Notes under the pieces: model-generated
Seen by the model: only the letters and a program-made list of their open reading frames with translations
Databases searched by the model: none
Told to the model about the DNA's origin: nothing
In this document: piece by piece, positions 16,327-25,716 of the stretch
How positions within the stretch are numbered: the first letter of the stretch is position 1
Layout of the letters: every line of letters starts with the position of its first letter
Source: an uncultured Mycoplasma sp.
GTDB taxonomy: Bacteria; Bacillota_I; Bacilli_A; RF39; UBA660
Assembly (NCBI GenBank): GCA_902493595.1
Contig: CABUPU010000004.1
Location: forward strand, 9,958-73,957
DNA length: 64,000 nt
Direction: 5' to 3'
Position numbers and translations under genes: made by a program

Positions 16327-17190
16327 TAACACTTGTTTTAAAGTGCCATTTTCCAAATCATTAATGTTATACATTGTTTCAAGTTCATTAAATGTTTCTT
16401 TAAGATTATTCTTTGCATCATGCCAACCTAAGCCATCAGTAATCCATATAAACGTTATTCCATCAATTTCCTTTACTTTTTTTGCTAGCATTTCATAACT
16501 TCTTGCAATTTCATTTAATTTAGAACCACTACTTGCATAAAAATTTGTTTCAATTAAATATATTTGTTTAGGAGTTTTTATAACAAAATCAAATCTTTTT
16601 GTGGAAACATTATTTCCAGATAAAGAACTTAAATCAATATTCCATCTTTTCTCAATATCATTTAAGTACATTTCTTTAAAGTAATTTACATCTTTAACAA
16701 AACCAGATTCCTTAATATATTTTTCTACTAAATCTTCCATTAAATGACCACCACGATTTTTTCTACCATTAGAATCAAGACCAACTTCAATTCCTAAAAC
16801 ATAATCATATAAATTATTTATAATATGATTTTGTAATAAATCAAATAGACCACTTTCTTGCATAAACCTAACATAGTCATCCATTGAATAAACCATTTTT
16901 TTAAAGTCAAATAAATATTCATTAATTTCATCCTTAACAAATATTTCAGTAGAACGAACCGCTAAAAGAAGTGGTATACATTCTAAAGTTTCAGGATATT
17001 TAAGCATTATGTTTTTAAAAGCTTCTTCAATTGTTTTACTACCAATTAATGAATTTAAAATATTAAGTTCTACTTTTACTTTATCAACATTTTTATATAT
17101 TTTTTTAAAATCAGCATAATAACTATAATTAGATATACTAGACTTAAAGTTTTTAATCCATTCATTAAAATCTCTTTTCATTTTCATCAC
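16321..17190 (-). CDS. dpnB: Type II restriction endonuclease, DpnII/MboI family (GATC)
   Basis: YVLGIEVGLDSNGRKNRGG, FDFVIKT..YLIETNFY..GSKLNEIARSY and FIWITDGLGW match my memory of R.DpnII/R.MboI. Confidence 0.9.
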   Translation of the reverse strand: MMKMKRDFNEWIKNFKSSISNYSYYADFKKIYKNVDKVKVELNILNSLIGSKTIEEAFKNIMLKYPETLECIPLLLAVRSTEIFVKDEINEYLFDFKKMVYSMDDYVRFMQESGLFDLLQNHIINNLYDYVLGIEVGLDSNGRKNRGGHLMEDLVEKYIKESGFVKDVNYFKEMYLNDIEKRWNIDLSSLSGNNVSTKRFDFVIKTPKQIYLIETNFYASSGSKLNEIARSYEMLAKKVKEIDGITFIWITDGLGWHDAKNNLKETFNELETMYNINDLENGTLKQVLN

Positions 17191-17938
17191 TTTCCTTTCT
17201 TTTAATTGTTAAATCTAAATATTCTTTTTCTTTTTCAATACCGATATACCTTCTTTTTAATTTGCTGGCAACAATACCAGTTGTGCCACTTCCATTAAAA
17301 GGATCTAATATTAAATCATTTTCATTAGTTGAAGCAAGTATAATTTTTTCTAATAATTCTATTGGTTTTTGAGTGGGATGTTTTCCACACTTTTTTTCAC
17401 TTGGTTTGGTAAGTGAGGTTTCCCAAACATCTTTCATTTGTTTATTATTATTAAGTTTTTTCATAATGTCATAATTAAATTTATATTTAACATTCTTTAT
17501 GTCCTTTTTGGCCCATAAAATAGTTTCTGTCGAATGAACAAAACATTTACAACTTATGTTTGGTGGTGGATTTAATTTTTTCCAAGTAATATTATTAATT
17601 ATTTTAAATCCATTTTCCTCAAGGGCCATACCTATAGAATAAATGTTATGCATAGTTCCACTTATCCAAATTGTTCCATCATCTTTTAAAACATCTTTGC
17701 ATAATTTTATCCATTTTTTGTTAAAATTGTGTTTTTCTTTTAAAGTAATAGATTTATCCCAATCGCCTTTATTAACACTAACTATTTTTCCACCACTACA
17801 TGTAATACCATTACTAGATAAAAAATATGGGGGATCAGCAAATATTACATCAATACTTTTAGGTTCTATATTTTTAAGTATTTTTAAAGAATCACCTTTA
17901 TATAATGTAAAATTATCTTTTTCATAGTATGGTTTCAC
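17165..17938 (-). CDS. dpnA: DNA adenine methyltransferase, DpnA-like (N6_N4 MTase family)
   Basis: IFADPPYF (motif IV) and DPFNGSGTTG (motif I), in beta-class order. Confidence 0.88.
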   Translation of the reverse strand: MKPYYEKDNFTLYKGDSLKILKNIEPKSIDVIFADPPYFLSSNGITCSGGKIVSVNKGDWDKSITLKEKHNFNKKWIKLCKDVLKDDGTIWISGTMHNIYSIGMALEENGFKIINNITWKKLNPPPNISCKCFVHSTETILWAKKDIKNVKYKFNYDIMKKLNNNKQMKDVWETSLTKPSEKKCGKHPTQKPIELLEKIILASTNENDLILDPFNGSGTTGIVASKLKRRYIGIEKEKEYLDLTIKRKESDENEKRF

Positions 17939-17947
17939 TTGGCCTCC

Positions 17948-18778
17948 TTAATAATTTGTAATAATAACTTCCTCTACTTTACCTCTTTTATTTCCATTTG
18001 CGTTAATACTTCTTTTAGCATCGATTACATGTATATTAAAACCTATATATAATTCATTTATTAAAGAAGTATTATGATTTGATAACATTACTTTTACACC
18101 TTTATTATCTAACTTTTTAAATACACTTGCAAGTCTTTTTTGTTCCTCTTTATCAAAACCAGTATCTGTATAACTATTAAATGTATGTGTATCTGAATCA
18201 TATGGAGGATCAATATATACAAAATCTCCTTCTTTAGCACTTTCTAAAGAAGTTTCAAAATCCTCACATAAAACTTTAATATCATTCATACTAAGATAAT
18301 TACTTACAGTTATTAAATTATTTCCATCATAAGTATTAACTTTATCTTTTTTTCCAAAAGGAACATTAAATTCATTTTTGCTATTAACTCTATAAAGTCC
18401 ATTAAAACACGCTTTATTTAAATAAATAGTTCTTGCAGCTCTAGTATAGTCAGATAATCTATTAAATGTTTTTTTATTTCTATCTTTATTTCTCATTTCA
18501 TAATAAAATTCTTCATTATGTTTAGCTTCAAAACTATTTAATGAGGCACATAACTTTTTAAACTTATCTTCATCTTTCAAACAACTATAAACATTCATAA
18601 GTTCTTTATTAGAATCATTTATAACAGCTTTTTTTGGTGATAATTCAAAAAGAAGTGCTCCTCCCCCTACAAAAGGTTCATAATATGTATCAAAACTTTC
18701 TGGAACATATTTTTTTAGTTCATTAATTATTTGTCTTTTTCCACCAGCCCATTTTACAAATGGTTTTCCTTTAATCAT
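17948..18778 (-). CDS. dpnM: Dam-type GATC DNA adenine methyltransferase, DpnM-like
   Basis: FVKWAGGKRQ, FVGGGALLF and YIDPPY motifs. Confidence 0.9.
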   Translation of the reverse strand: MIKGKPFVKWAGGKRQIINELKKYVPESFDTYYEPFVGGGALLFELSPKKAVINDSNKELMNVYSCLKDEDKFKKLCASLNSFEAKHNEEFYYEMRNKDRNKKTFNRLSDYTRAARTIYLNKACFNGLYRVNSKNEFNVPFGKKDKVNTYDGNNLITVSNYLSMNDIKVLCEDFETSLESAKEGDFVYIDPPYDSDTHTFNSYTDTGFDKEEQKRLASVFKKLDNKGVKVMLSNHNTSLINELYIGFNIHVIDAKRSINANGNKRGKVEEVIITNY

Positions 18779-18851
18779 AATTTCATCCTTTTCCTACTTA
18801 TTTAGTATAACATGAATAAGAAATTTCTTAAATAAAAAATAGAAAAATTTG

Positions 18852-18958
18852 CAAAGTACGCATTTTTTGAAATATAATTTTTGCCTAACTTATGCTGAAA
18901 AAACACTATTTTTTAGTGCAAACTGTCAAACAAAAAAATCTCTTTCGAGATTTTAATT
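18852..18958. repeat. ~106-bp direct repeat, right copy
   Basis: See 16221-16326. It ends at the stop codon of the cotD-like gene. Confidence 0.85.
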
Positions 18959-19208
18959 AGCATCTTCTATCGTAAATATTTTCTACAACATTTTCTTCAC
19001 AACACGTATTACATGGAGTAAAAGTATGTTTATAAATATGATGATTAATTATTCTAGTATTACAAGGTTTAATATGAGGTACTTCATAGCAAATATATCT
19101 ATGACACACCCTTTCCTCTGGACACTCATAAACTGGTTCACATGTACATCCCATCATATTTTCTACTTTACCCATATCTTCCATAGCAGGTCTTTTATCA
19201 CAATTCAT
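18957..19208 (-). CDS. Cys/His-rich small protein, spore coat protein CotD-like
   Basis: ..PHIKPCNTRIINHHIYKHTFTP.. resembles the CotD family pattern. Strong RBS AAGGAGG. The neighbourhood (gpsB, rnpB, recU, ponA) matches the B. subtilis cotD region. Confidence 0.5.
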   Translation of the reverse strand: MNCDKRPAMEDMGKVENMMGCTCEPVYECPEERVCHRYICYEVPHIKPCNTRIINHHIYKHTFTPCNTCCEENVVENIYDRRC

Positions 19209-19308
19209 AATAGGTAATTCCTCCTTTTACATTATACTATTCGAAAAAATTATACATGTATGGGCTTTTTATATATATCAAAGCATAAAAAAATGATGCC
19301 TTGCACCA

Positions 19309-19917
19309 TTATTTTAATTTTTTATCATTTTTAGGAATAACAAATTCTCTAGTATTATAATAATATTGACATCCACTTATAACACTAAATATTGTTGCTA
19401 TAATTAAGCATATTTTTGCAAGTGGGAAGTGGAAAAATTCACAAGGAAAATTACTAAAGAAAGTTAGTGTTAATCCAACCATCATAAAGGCAGTTTTAAT
19501 TTTTCCCATTGAGGAAGCCGCTACTACTTTACCTTTATTTCCAGAAATCATTTTACAAGTATCAGTAATAATATCACGAGTAATAATAACAACTGGTACA
19601 ACCAAAGGAATCACTCTATCATATGCAAGAATAATAAGTACACCATTAACTAAGATTTTATCAGCAATAGCATCAGCCATTTTACCGAAGTCAGTAACCA
19701 TATTATATTTTCTTGCTATATGTCCATCAAGTTTATCTGTAAGTGAGGCAATTAGAAATAAAGTTCCTGCAATAATATATTTTAAATTAAATGTAACTCC
19801 ATGATATAAATATACTGGCCATGAAAAGCCTAAAGCATGCCATGGTATACATAACATAATAAGTATAATAAATGCTAAAACAATTCTTGAAATTGTAAGT
19901 TTATTTGGTAAATTCAT
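19309..19917 (-). CDS. pgsA: CDP-diacylglycerol--glycerol-3-phosphate 3-phosphatidyltransferase
   Basis: CDP-alcohol phosphatidyltransferase motif DKLDGHIARKYNMVTDFGKMADAIADK. Confidence 0.9.
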   Translation of the reverse strand: MNLPNKLTISRIVLAFIILIMLCIPWHALGFSWPVYLYHGVTFNLKYIIAGTLFLIASLTDKLDGHIARKYNMVTDFGKMADAIADKILVNGVLIILAYDRVIPLVVPVVIITRDIITDTCKMISGNKGKVVAASSMGKIKTAFMMVGLTLTFFSNFPCEFFHFPLAKICLIIATIFSVISGCQYYYNTREFVIPKNDKKLK

Positions 19918-19920
19918 TTC

Positions 19921-20388
19921 CTACTCCTTATAACTTATCTCACTAGCAACTCTAGTGTTAACAGTAATTTGTTTTACAGCCCAGAAAACTGCAAAAACTG
20001 CTAAAATAACAATTAATACATATACAAGTACATATAAAACATTATTTGGTTTCTTTTCATGTCTTGTATATGGTGAAAATACTTTTTCTTCATTACCTTT
20101 AGTATTTTCCTCGATTTCTTTTTCAATATCTTTTACAGGTATTTTTGATGTTGTTTCAAAAACATATTCATTAAACTCATCTACTATTTTATCAGCATCA
20201 AGTCCTAAATATTTAGCATAATTACTAATATATTTTTTTAATGCAAATATGTCTTGAAATGCACCAGTTTTACCATCTTCGATATTTTCAAGAATTACTT
20301 TTTCAAGATTAAGATCACTACTTACTTCCTCAAGGGAAAGACCAGCAGCCTCTCTAGTATCTAGAAAAAGACTTCCAATATCTTTCAA
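19921..20388 (-). CDS. RodZ-like HTH membrane protein
   Basis: N-terminal HTH (TREAAGLSLEEVSSDLNL) and one C-terminal TM helix. Preferred start is TTG at 20388 (GGAGAG RBS), because the track extension to 20466 runs into rnpB. Confidence 0.6.
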   Translation of the reverse strand: MKDIGSLFLDTREAAGLSLEEVSSDLNLEKVILENIEDGKTGAFQDIFALKKYISNYAKYLGLDADKIVDEFNEYVFETTSKIPVKDIEKEIEENTKGNEEKVFSPYTRHEKKPNNVLYVLVYVLIVILAVFAVFWAVKQITVNTRVASEISYKE

Positions 20389-20454
20389 ACTAAATCTCTC
20401 CTTAATTAAAAAATAAAAATAATATCTTAATAAGCCATGTTCTGTACCATTACT

Positions 20455-20762
20455 GGTGACAAACATTTATCTATGTACAAAGTACATCTAGTCTTAGGTT
20501 CGTTTTCCCTTGACCAGCTCCCCTACCAAAATTTGGGTTTCTCACTCGCGGGGTTTACCACGTTCCACTTCTTTTATTTCTAAAAGACTCGTCTCTTTGG
20601 CACTTTTATACCTAATCATTTCATTTTCAGAAATTTTCGGAGCCGTTAGCATATGCTACCTTAAGTTATTTATTCCTTAAGCACGAACATATTATCCATC
20701 ACAGGATAAGTGAGCATGGACTTTCCTCAATAAAACTAAAAGTCTTACAGCGTTTGTCTAAA
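20455..20762 (-). ncRNA. rnpB: RNase P RNA (bacterial, compact Firmicutes/type B-like)
   Basis: Minus strand contains GAGGAAAGTCCATGCTC (the universally conserved CR-I/P4 strand), GTGGAACGTGGTAAACCCCGCGAGTGAGAAACCC, and ACGAACCTAAGAC (the P4 3' strand). Candidate P1 pairing is GACAAAC (20752-20758) with GTTTGTC (20458-20464). Ends are approximate. Confidence 0.85.
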
Positions 20763-20766
20763 GATA

Positions 20767-21093
20767 TTATTCATTTCTTCCATAAACAATTTTTTCTAAG
20801 TTACTTATTCTTTTTAGTAAATCAATGTTAGTAACTTGTTTGTTAGAACTATCTTCTTGCGTTTCAAGTTTTTCTTTTAACGCACGAATTTCTTGTTTAA
20901 GTGTATAATTATCAGATGTTAAATCATTAATTTGACCTTTAAGATTCTTAATAATATTATTATACTCAGTATAATCTCTTATGATCATATCAAGATATTT
21001 ATCAACCTCTTGAGGCCTATATCCTCTTGCATCAATTTTGAAATCATGCTCTAGTATCTCCCCTGGTGTTAAATAAATCTTTTCATTATACAT
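20767..21093 (-). CDS. gpsB: Cell-cycle protein GpsB (DivIVA-domain)
   Basis: LTPGEILEHDFKIDARGYRPQEVDKYLDMIIRDY plus a coiled coil. The ATG at 21093 has RBS GGAAGGTG. Confidence 0.85.
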   Translation of the reverse strand: MYNEKIYLTPGEILEHDFKIDARGYRPQEVDKYLDMIIRDYTEYNNIIKNLKGQINDLTSDNYTLKQEIRALKEKLETQEDSSNKQVTNIDLLKRISNLEKIVYGRNE

Positions 21094-21342
21094 TTTTACA
21101 CCTTCCAACATAAAAATTATAGCAAATTTCTTACTTATTTGTCAATATCCGTAAGGTTTTCATATTTTATTAAAAGTTTAGCATAATTAGTATCATCAAT
21201 TAATTTACTTATAATAAAATCTATATCCATTAGTATCACCACTATTATAATATGATAAAAGAAAAATGTTATCAACAACTTCGACAAAACATGTCATTTA
21301 TTTTATAAAAAAAGTATGCTATAATTAAAATGGTGAATATAA

Positions 21343-21894
21343 ATGAATTATCCAACTGCAATTAAAAAGACCTATAAAAAACAAATTAATTATGGCAACC
21401 GTGGTATGGATTTAGAAAATTTTATTAACCAAACCAACGAGTACTACTTAGAAAAGGATATTGCTGTAATCTATAAAAAACCTACACCTATTCAAGTAGT
21501 AAAATATAATTATGATAACAAAAGAATAACTGATGCCTTTTATTTAACTCAATCTACCTTAGATTATAATGGAGTTTATAAAGGCTACTACATAGAATTT
21601 GATGCAAAAAATACAAATAAAAATTTTTTACCGCTTAATAACATAGCAGAGCATCAGATTAAACATATGAAAAATATTGTAAAACACAAAGGAATATGCT
21701 TTTTACTTATTGCAATTAATGGTGAATATTATGCTTTACCAGCAAAAATGTTATTTAATTTTATTGATAAAAAAGAAAGAAAAAGTATTCCCTATGATTT
21801 TATAAAAGAAAATGGTTATAAACTTGATTATAATTATTTAAAAGGAATAGATTATATAAAAGCTGTTGATTTAATGATAAAGGAGAATGTATGA
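21343..21894 (+). CDS. recU: Holliday junction resolvase RecU
   Basis: RecU-like sequence (GMDLENFINQTNEYY..KPTPIQVV..DYNGVYKGYYIEFDAKNT). Extended -10 TGCTATAAT upstream. Overlaps ponA as in Bacillus. Confidence 0.9.
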   Translation: MNYPTAIKKTYKKQINYGNRGMDLENFINQTNEYYLEKDIAVIYKKPTPIQVVKYNYDNKRITDAFYLTQSTLDYNGVYKGYYIEFDAKNTNKNFLPLNNIAEHQIKHMKNIVKHKGICFLLIAINGEYYALPAKMLFNFIDKKERKSIPYDFIKENGYKLDYNYLKGIDYIKAVDLMIKENV

Positions 21895-24467
21895 AAAAAT
21901 TAAAAATTCAAAGAAAATTAAAGAATTTTAATAGTAATGTAAAAACAAAAATTAATAATGAAATAAAAAGAAAAGGAAAAAAAGGATTTATTTGGGAAAT
22001 AATATTTAGCTTTTTAATATTTTGTGCAAGTGCTGTTTTAATATTTGTACTTTATATTATAATTAGTGCTCCAAACTTTGAAAAAGATAAACTATATAAA
22101 AAGGAAGCCACAGTTATTTATGATAAAAATGGAATTGAATTTGCAAGGGTTGGACAAGAAGACCGTGAACTTATTGAATATAAAGATCTTCCTCAGGTAT
22201 ATATTGATGCTTTAATAGCTACTGAAGACTCAAGATTTTTTCAACATAATGGACTTGATATTGCCAGATTTTTAAAAGCCTCAGTGGGACAGCTTGTTTC
22301 CTCAAAAGCAGGTGGTGCTTCAACTATTACAATGCAACTTGTTAAAAAGACTTATACAAATGGAGCTTCCGAAGGTATAGCGGGTATTATTCGTAAATTT
22401 ACCGATATATATATGGCTGTATTTAAAATAGAAAGTTCATATACTAAAGAAGAAATACTAGAATTTTATTCAAACTCATTATGGTATGCTAACGGAAGAA
22501 GTATTAATACTACAGGTATCTATGGAATAGAGCAAGCAAGTCAACATTTTTTTGGTAAAAGTGTTAGAGATTTAAACCTTGCTGAGGCATCATTAATTGT
22601 TGGAATGTATCAAAATCCAAGATTATATAATCCATACAATAACCCTGTTGGTTGTCGAAATAGACAAAAAATAGTTTTAAAATTAATGGTTAATCATGGA
22701 TACATAACTGAAGAAGAAATGAATGCTGTACTTGAAATACCAATTGAAAGTATGGTAGCGGATGATAGTGATGCAGTATCTACTAACGATTATCAAGCAA
22801 TAATTGACCATGTAATTGATGAAGTATATGAAAAAACTAAAAAAGATGCTAGACAAGTACCAATGAAAATTTATACTACATTTGATTTAAAAGTACAAGA
22901 TGTTCTTGTTAAACTTGAAAAAGGTGAATTATTTAAATACTATAATGATTATGACCAAGAAGGAACTGCAATTACATCAATCGAGAATGGTTCGATAATT
23001 GCTCTTTCTGGAGGTAGAAAATATGGTGCAAGAGGATTAAATCGTGCAACTGATATTAATCGTCAACCAGGTTCTACTGCAAAACCATTATTTGATTATG
23101 CACCTTATATTGAATATCTAAATGGTTCTCCAGGAGATTATTTCTTCGATGAACCTTATGCATATTCAACAGGTCAATCAATTAATGATGCCGATAGAAG
23201 ATATCAAGGTATGATTACATTAAGAAAAGGTCTTATTGGTTCAAGAAACGTAACTGCCTTACAAGCATTTCAAAAGGTAGCTGCTAAAGATCAAAGTTTA
23301 ATTGAAAATTTTGTCCATAGCGTAGGAATTAATTATGGTTCTACATTATATGAATCTGCCTCAATTGGTGGTTTCAATGGTACTAACCCACTTGAAATGA
23401 GTGCTGCTTATGCTGTATTTGGCAGAGGTGGATATTACATTAAACCTTATTCATTTACAAAAGTTATTTTCGAAGATGGAACAACATATGAAAATAAATA
23501 TACAAAAGAAAAAGTTATTAGTGAAGAAACATCATATATGATTACCAATGTTTTAGTAGACACAGTTAGAGATAGTTGGTCTGGTTCAATAAAAATAAGT
23601 GGTACTGAAGTTGCTGGTAAAACTGGTACAACAAACCTTGATACAGCAACACAAAAAGCACAAAATTTACCTGCAGATTTAATTCCAGACTCTTGGAACA
23701 TTACATATAATCCAGAATATTCAATTGCTTTATGGTATGGATATGATAGACATAGAACTGATTATTATATGAATACTAATACTGGATGGACTGCAAGAAG
23801 TAGAATAATGGAAGCTCTTGCAAGAAATATTTATAGCACGAATAAAACATTTAAAAGACCTTCAGGTGTAATAAGTGTTGAAGTTGAAAAAGAAACAGTA
23901 CCTTTAATGTTAGCAAGTGAATATACTCCTGAAGATATGAGAATGACTGAACTATTTAAGGAAGGAACAGAACCAACTGAAACATCAATAAGATATCAAA
24001 AACTTGAGGCTCCTACAGGAGGAAAAGCAAGTTATAATGGTAATGAAGTAACACTTTCTTGGACAGGTATTAAAACACCAGATGCAATAAATAGTACTTA
24101 TTTACAAAATTATTTTAATGATAATTATGCAGCATTTGCTACAAAATATTATGAAAAAAGAATTGAATATAATAATAGTTATATTGGTAAACAAGGTTAT
24201 GAAGTTTATATGCAAAATGAAGATGGTTCATTAAAGGAATTAACTTTTACTGAAAATGCAAGTTATAAGCAAACTATCGAAGGTGGAAAATCATATAAAT
24301 TTATTATTAAATCAAGTTATTCAATCTTTAAGGCAAATCAATCAGATGGCTTAATTATTAATGTTAATACAAAAACTGATACAACAATCGATGATATAAT
24401 TAATCAAGATAAAGATAAAGATAAGGATAAGGATAAGGACAAGGACAAAGATACTGGATTAAACTAA
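21891..24467 (+). CDS. ponA: Bifunctional class A penicillin-binding protein (PBP1A)
   Basis: Glycosyltransferase motif EDSRFFQHNG. Transpeptidase motifs STAKP, SRN and KTGT. (DK)n low-complexity tail. Confidence 0.9.
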   Translation: MKKLKIQRKLKNFNSNVKTKINNEIKRKGKKGFIWEIIFSFLIFCASAVLIFVLYIIISAPNFEKDKLYKKEATVIYDKNGIEFARVGQEDRELIEYKDLPQVYIDALIATEDSRFFQHNGLDIARFLKASVGQLVSSKAGGASTITMQLVKKTYTNGASEGIAGIIRKFTDIYMAVFKIESSYTKEEILEFYSNSLWYANGRSINTTGIYGIEQASQHFFGKSVRDLNLAEASLIVGMYQNPRLYNPYNNPVGCRNRQKIVLKLMVNHGYITEEEMNAVLEIPIESMVADDSDAVSTNDYQAIIDHVIDEVYEKTKKDARQVPMKIYTTFDLKVQDVLVKLEKGELFKYYNDYDQEGTAITSIENGSIIALSGGRKYGARGLNRATDINRQPGSTAKPLFDYAPYIEYLNGSPGDYFFDEPYAYSTGQSINDADRRYQGMITLRKGLIGSRNVTALQAFQKVAAKDQSLIENFVHSVGINYGSTLYESASIGGFNGTNPLEMSAAYAVFGRGGYYIKPYSFTKVIFEDGTTYENKYTKEKVISEETSYMITNVLVDTVRDSWSGSIKISGTEVAGKTGTTNLDTATQKAQNLPADLIPDSWNITYNPEYSIALWYGYDRHRTDYYMNTNTGWTARSRIMEALARNIYSTNKTFKRPSGVISVEVEKETVPLMLASEYTPEDMRMTELFKEGTEPTETSIRYQKLEAPTGGKASYNGNEVTLSWTGIKTPDAINSTYLQNYFNDNYAAFATKYYEKRIEYNNSYIGKQGYEVYMQNEDGSLKELTFTENASYKQTIEGGKSYKFIIKSSYSIFKANQSDGLIINVNTKTDTTIDDIINQDKDKDKDKDKDKDKDTGLN

Positions 24468-24497
24468 AAACAAGGATTAAATTTTCCTTGTTTTTTT
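24466..24497. terminator. Bidirectional terminator between ponA and nth
   Basis: ACAAGGA-ttaaatttt-TCCTTGT flanked by an A-run and a T-run. It overlaps the last codons of nth. Confidence 0.6.
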
Positions 24498-25094
24498 ATA
24501 TTTGCATTCCATTTTACAGTTTTGACATAATGGATTTTTTGCTTTACAATAATATCTACCAAATAAAAGTAATTGATGATTAATTTTATTATATTCACTT
24601 TTATCAAATATTTTGGATAACTTTTTTTCTATTTTTAAAACATCATCATTTTTATTAGCTAGTCCTAGTCTTTTTGAAACTCTTTCTACGTGTGTATCTA
24701 CCGCCATTGTAGGAATATCAAATAGTTCTGATAAAACCACATTCGTAGTCTTTCTACCTACACCAGGCATTAGTTCTAACTCTTTTCTATTACTTGGAAC
24801 TATTCCATTATATTTTGTTAATAAAATGTTACTAATTTCTTTAATATATAATGCTTTCTTATGATAAGAACCTAAAGGTTTAATAATATCTTCGATTATT
24901 TTAACATCTAAAGAAGCTATTTCATTTAAATTATATTTATATAACTCTTTAGTTACTTCATTAACTCTTTTATCTGTTGTTTGAGCAGAAAGCATCACAG
25001 ATATTAAAAGTTCATAATCTTTATTATAATCTAGTTCACACTTAGGATTAGGTATATAATAATCTAAATTATCTCTTAAATTAGTTATCATCAT
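24477..25094 (-). CDS. nth: Endonuclease III
   Basis: HhH motif MPGVGRKTTNVV and C-terminal Fe-S cluster cysteines CKAKNPLCQNCKMEC. Confidence 0.9.
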   Translation of the reverse strand: MMITNLRDNLDYYIPNPKCELDYNKDYELLISVMLSAQTTDKRVNEVTKELYKYNLNEIASLDVKIIEDIIKPLGSYHKKALYIKEISNILLTKYNGIVPSNRKELELMPGVGRKTTNVVLSELFDIPTMAVDTHVERVSKRLGLANKNDDVLKIEKKLSKIFDKSEYNKINHQLLLFGRYYCKAKNPLCQNCKMECKYKKTRKI

Positions 25095-25716
25095 CTAACC
25101 AATTATATTCAAAAACACTTGTTTCAAAGTTTTTTGTTTCCTTATTTATTTTATTTTCATTAATTTCTTTTTCTAACTCTTCCTTACCCTTATATCCTTT
25201 TTTATTCCATTCAAATAATATTTTATCTATATATCTAAGTGAAGGTGCATCATTTTTAATTGCTTCATCTAAGGCTTCGAGAATAAGCGATTCACTAAAC
25301 CCTTTTGAAAGCCAAGCATTAATTATTTCATAATCCATACCTGATAAACCTTTACCAAACTTTTCTTGAAATTTAAAGAAAATACTATTTTCATTCTTTT
25401 CCTCTTTTTCTAAATCAATAGTTTCTTTTAAGTTATTATAAAAATTTTCTAATGATACTTTATCAATAACTTTTCCACCTTCATTTTTAATTTGATTTAA
25501 TTTAATTAATTTTTTTGTAAGTAAACTATTAAAGGCTATTAAAGTATCATTTTCAGATAAACAAGTTGCTTTAGATATTTTTTTTATATCAAAAGTTAAA
25601 TCATAATCATTATCAAAGTACATTAAAACTATAAACTCTTTTAAAGTTAAACTATATTTTAATGCCTCCTTTAGAAAAAGGGTTTCTATTATAAATTTTT
25701 TGTTGTCTTTATTCAT
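25081..25716 (-). CDS. dnaD: DnaD-domain replication initiation/membrane attachment protein
   Basis: C-terminal DnaD/DnaB_2 domain (DYEIINAWLSKGFSESLILEALDEAI..LRYIDKILFEWNKKG). dnaD-nth adjacency as in Bacillus. Confidence 0.75.
   Translation of the reverse strand: MNKDNKKFIIETLFLKEALKYSLTLKEFIVLMYFDNDYDLTFDIKKISKATCLSENDTLIAFNSLLTKKLIKLNQIKNEGGKVIDKVSLENFYNNLKETIDLEKEEKNENSIFFKFQEKFGKGLSGMDYEIINAWLSKGFSESLILEALDEAIKNDAPSLRYIDKILFEWNKKGYKGKEELEKEINENKINKETKNFETSVFEYNWLDDDN

Noticed and set aside
20389-20466. N-terminal extension of the RodZ-like ORF (MFVTSNGTEHGLLRYYFYFLIKERFS..).
   Set aside because: It overlaps the 3' part of RNase P RNA. An in-frame TTG at 20388 with a GGAGAG RBS gives a protein starting right at the HTH.
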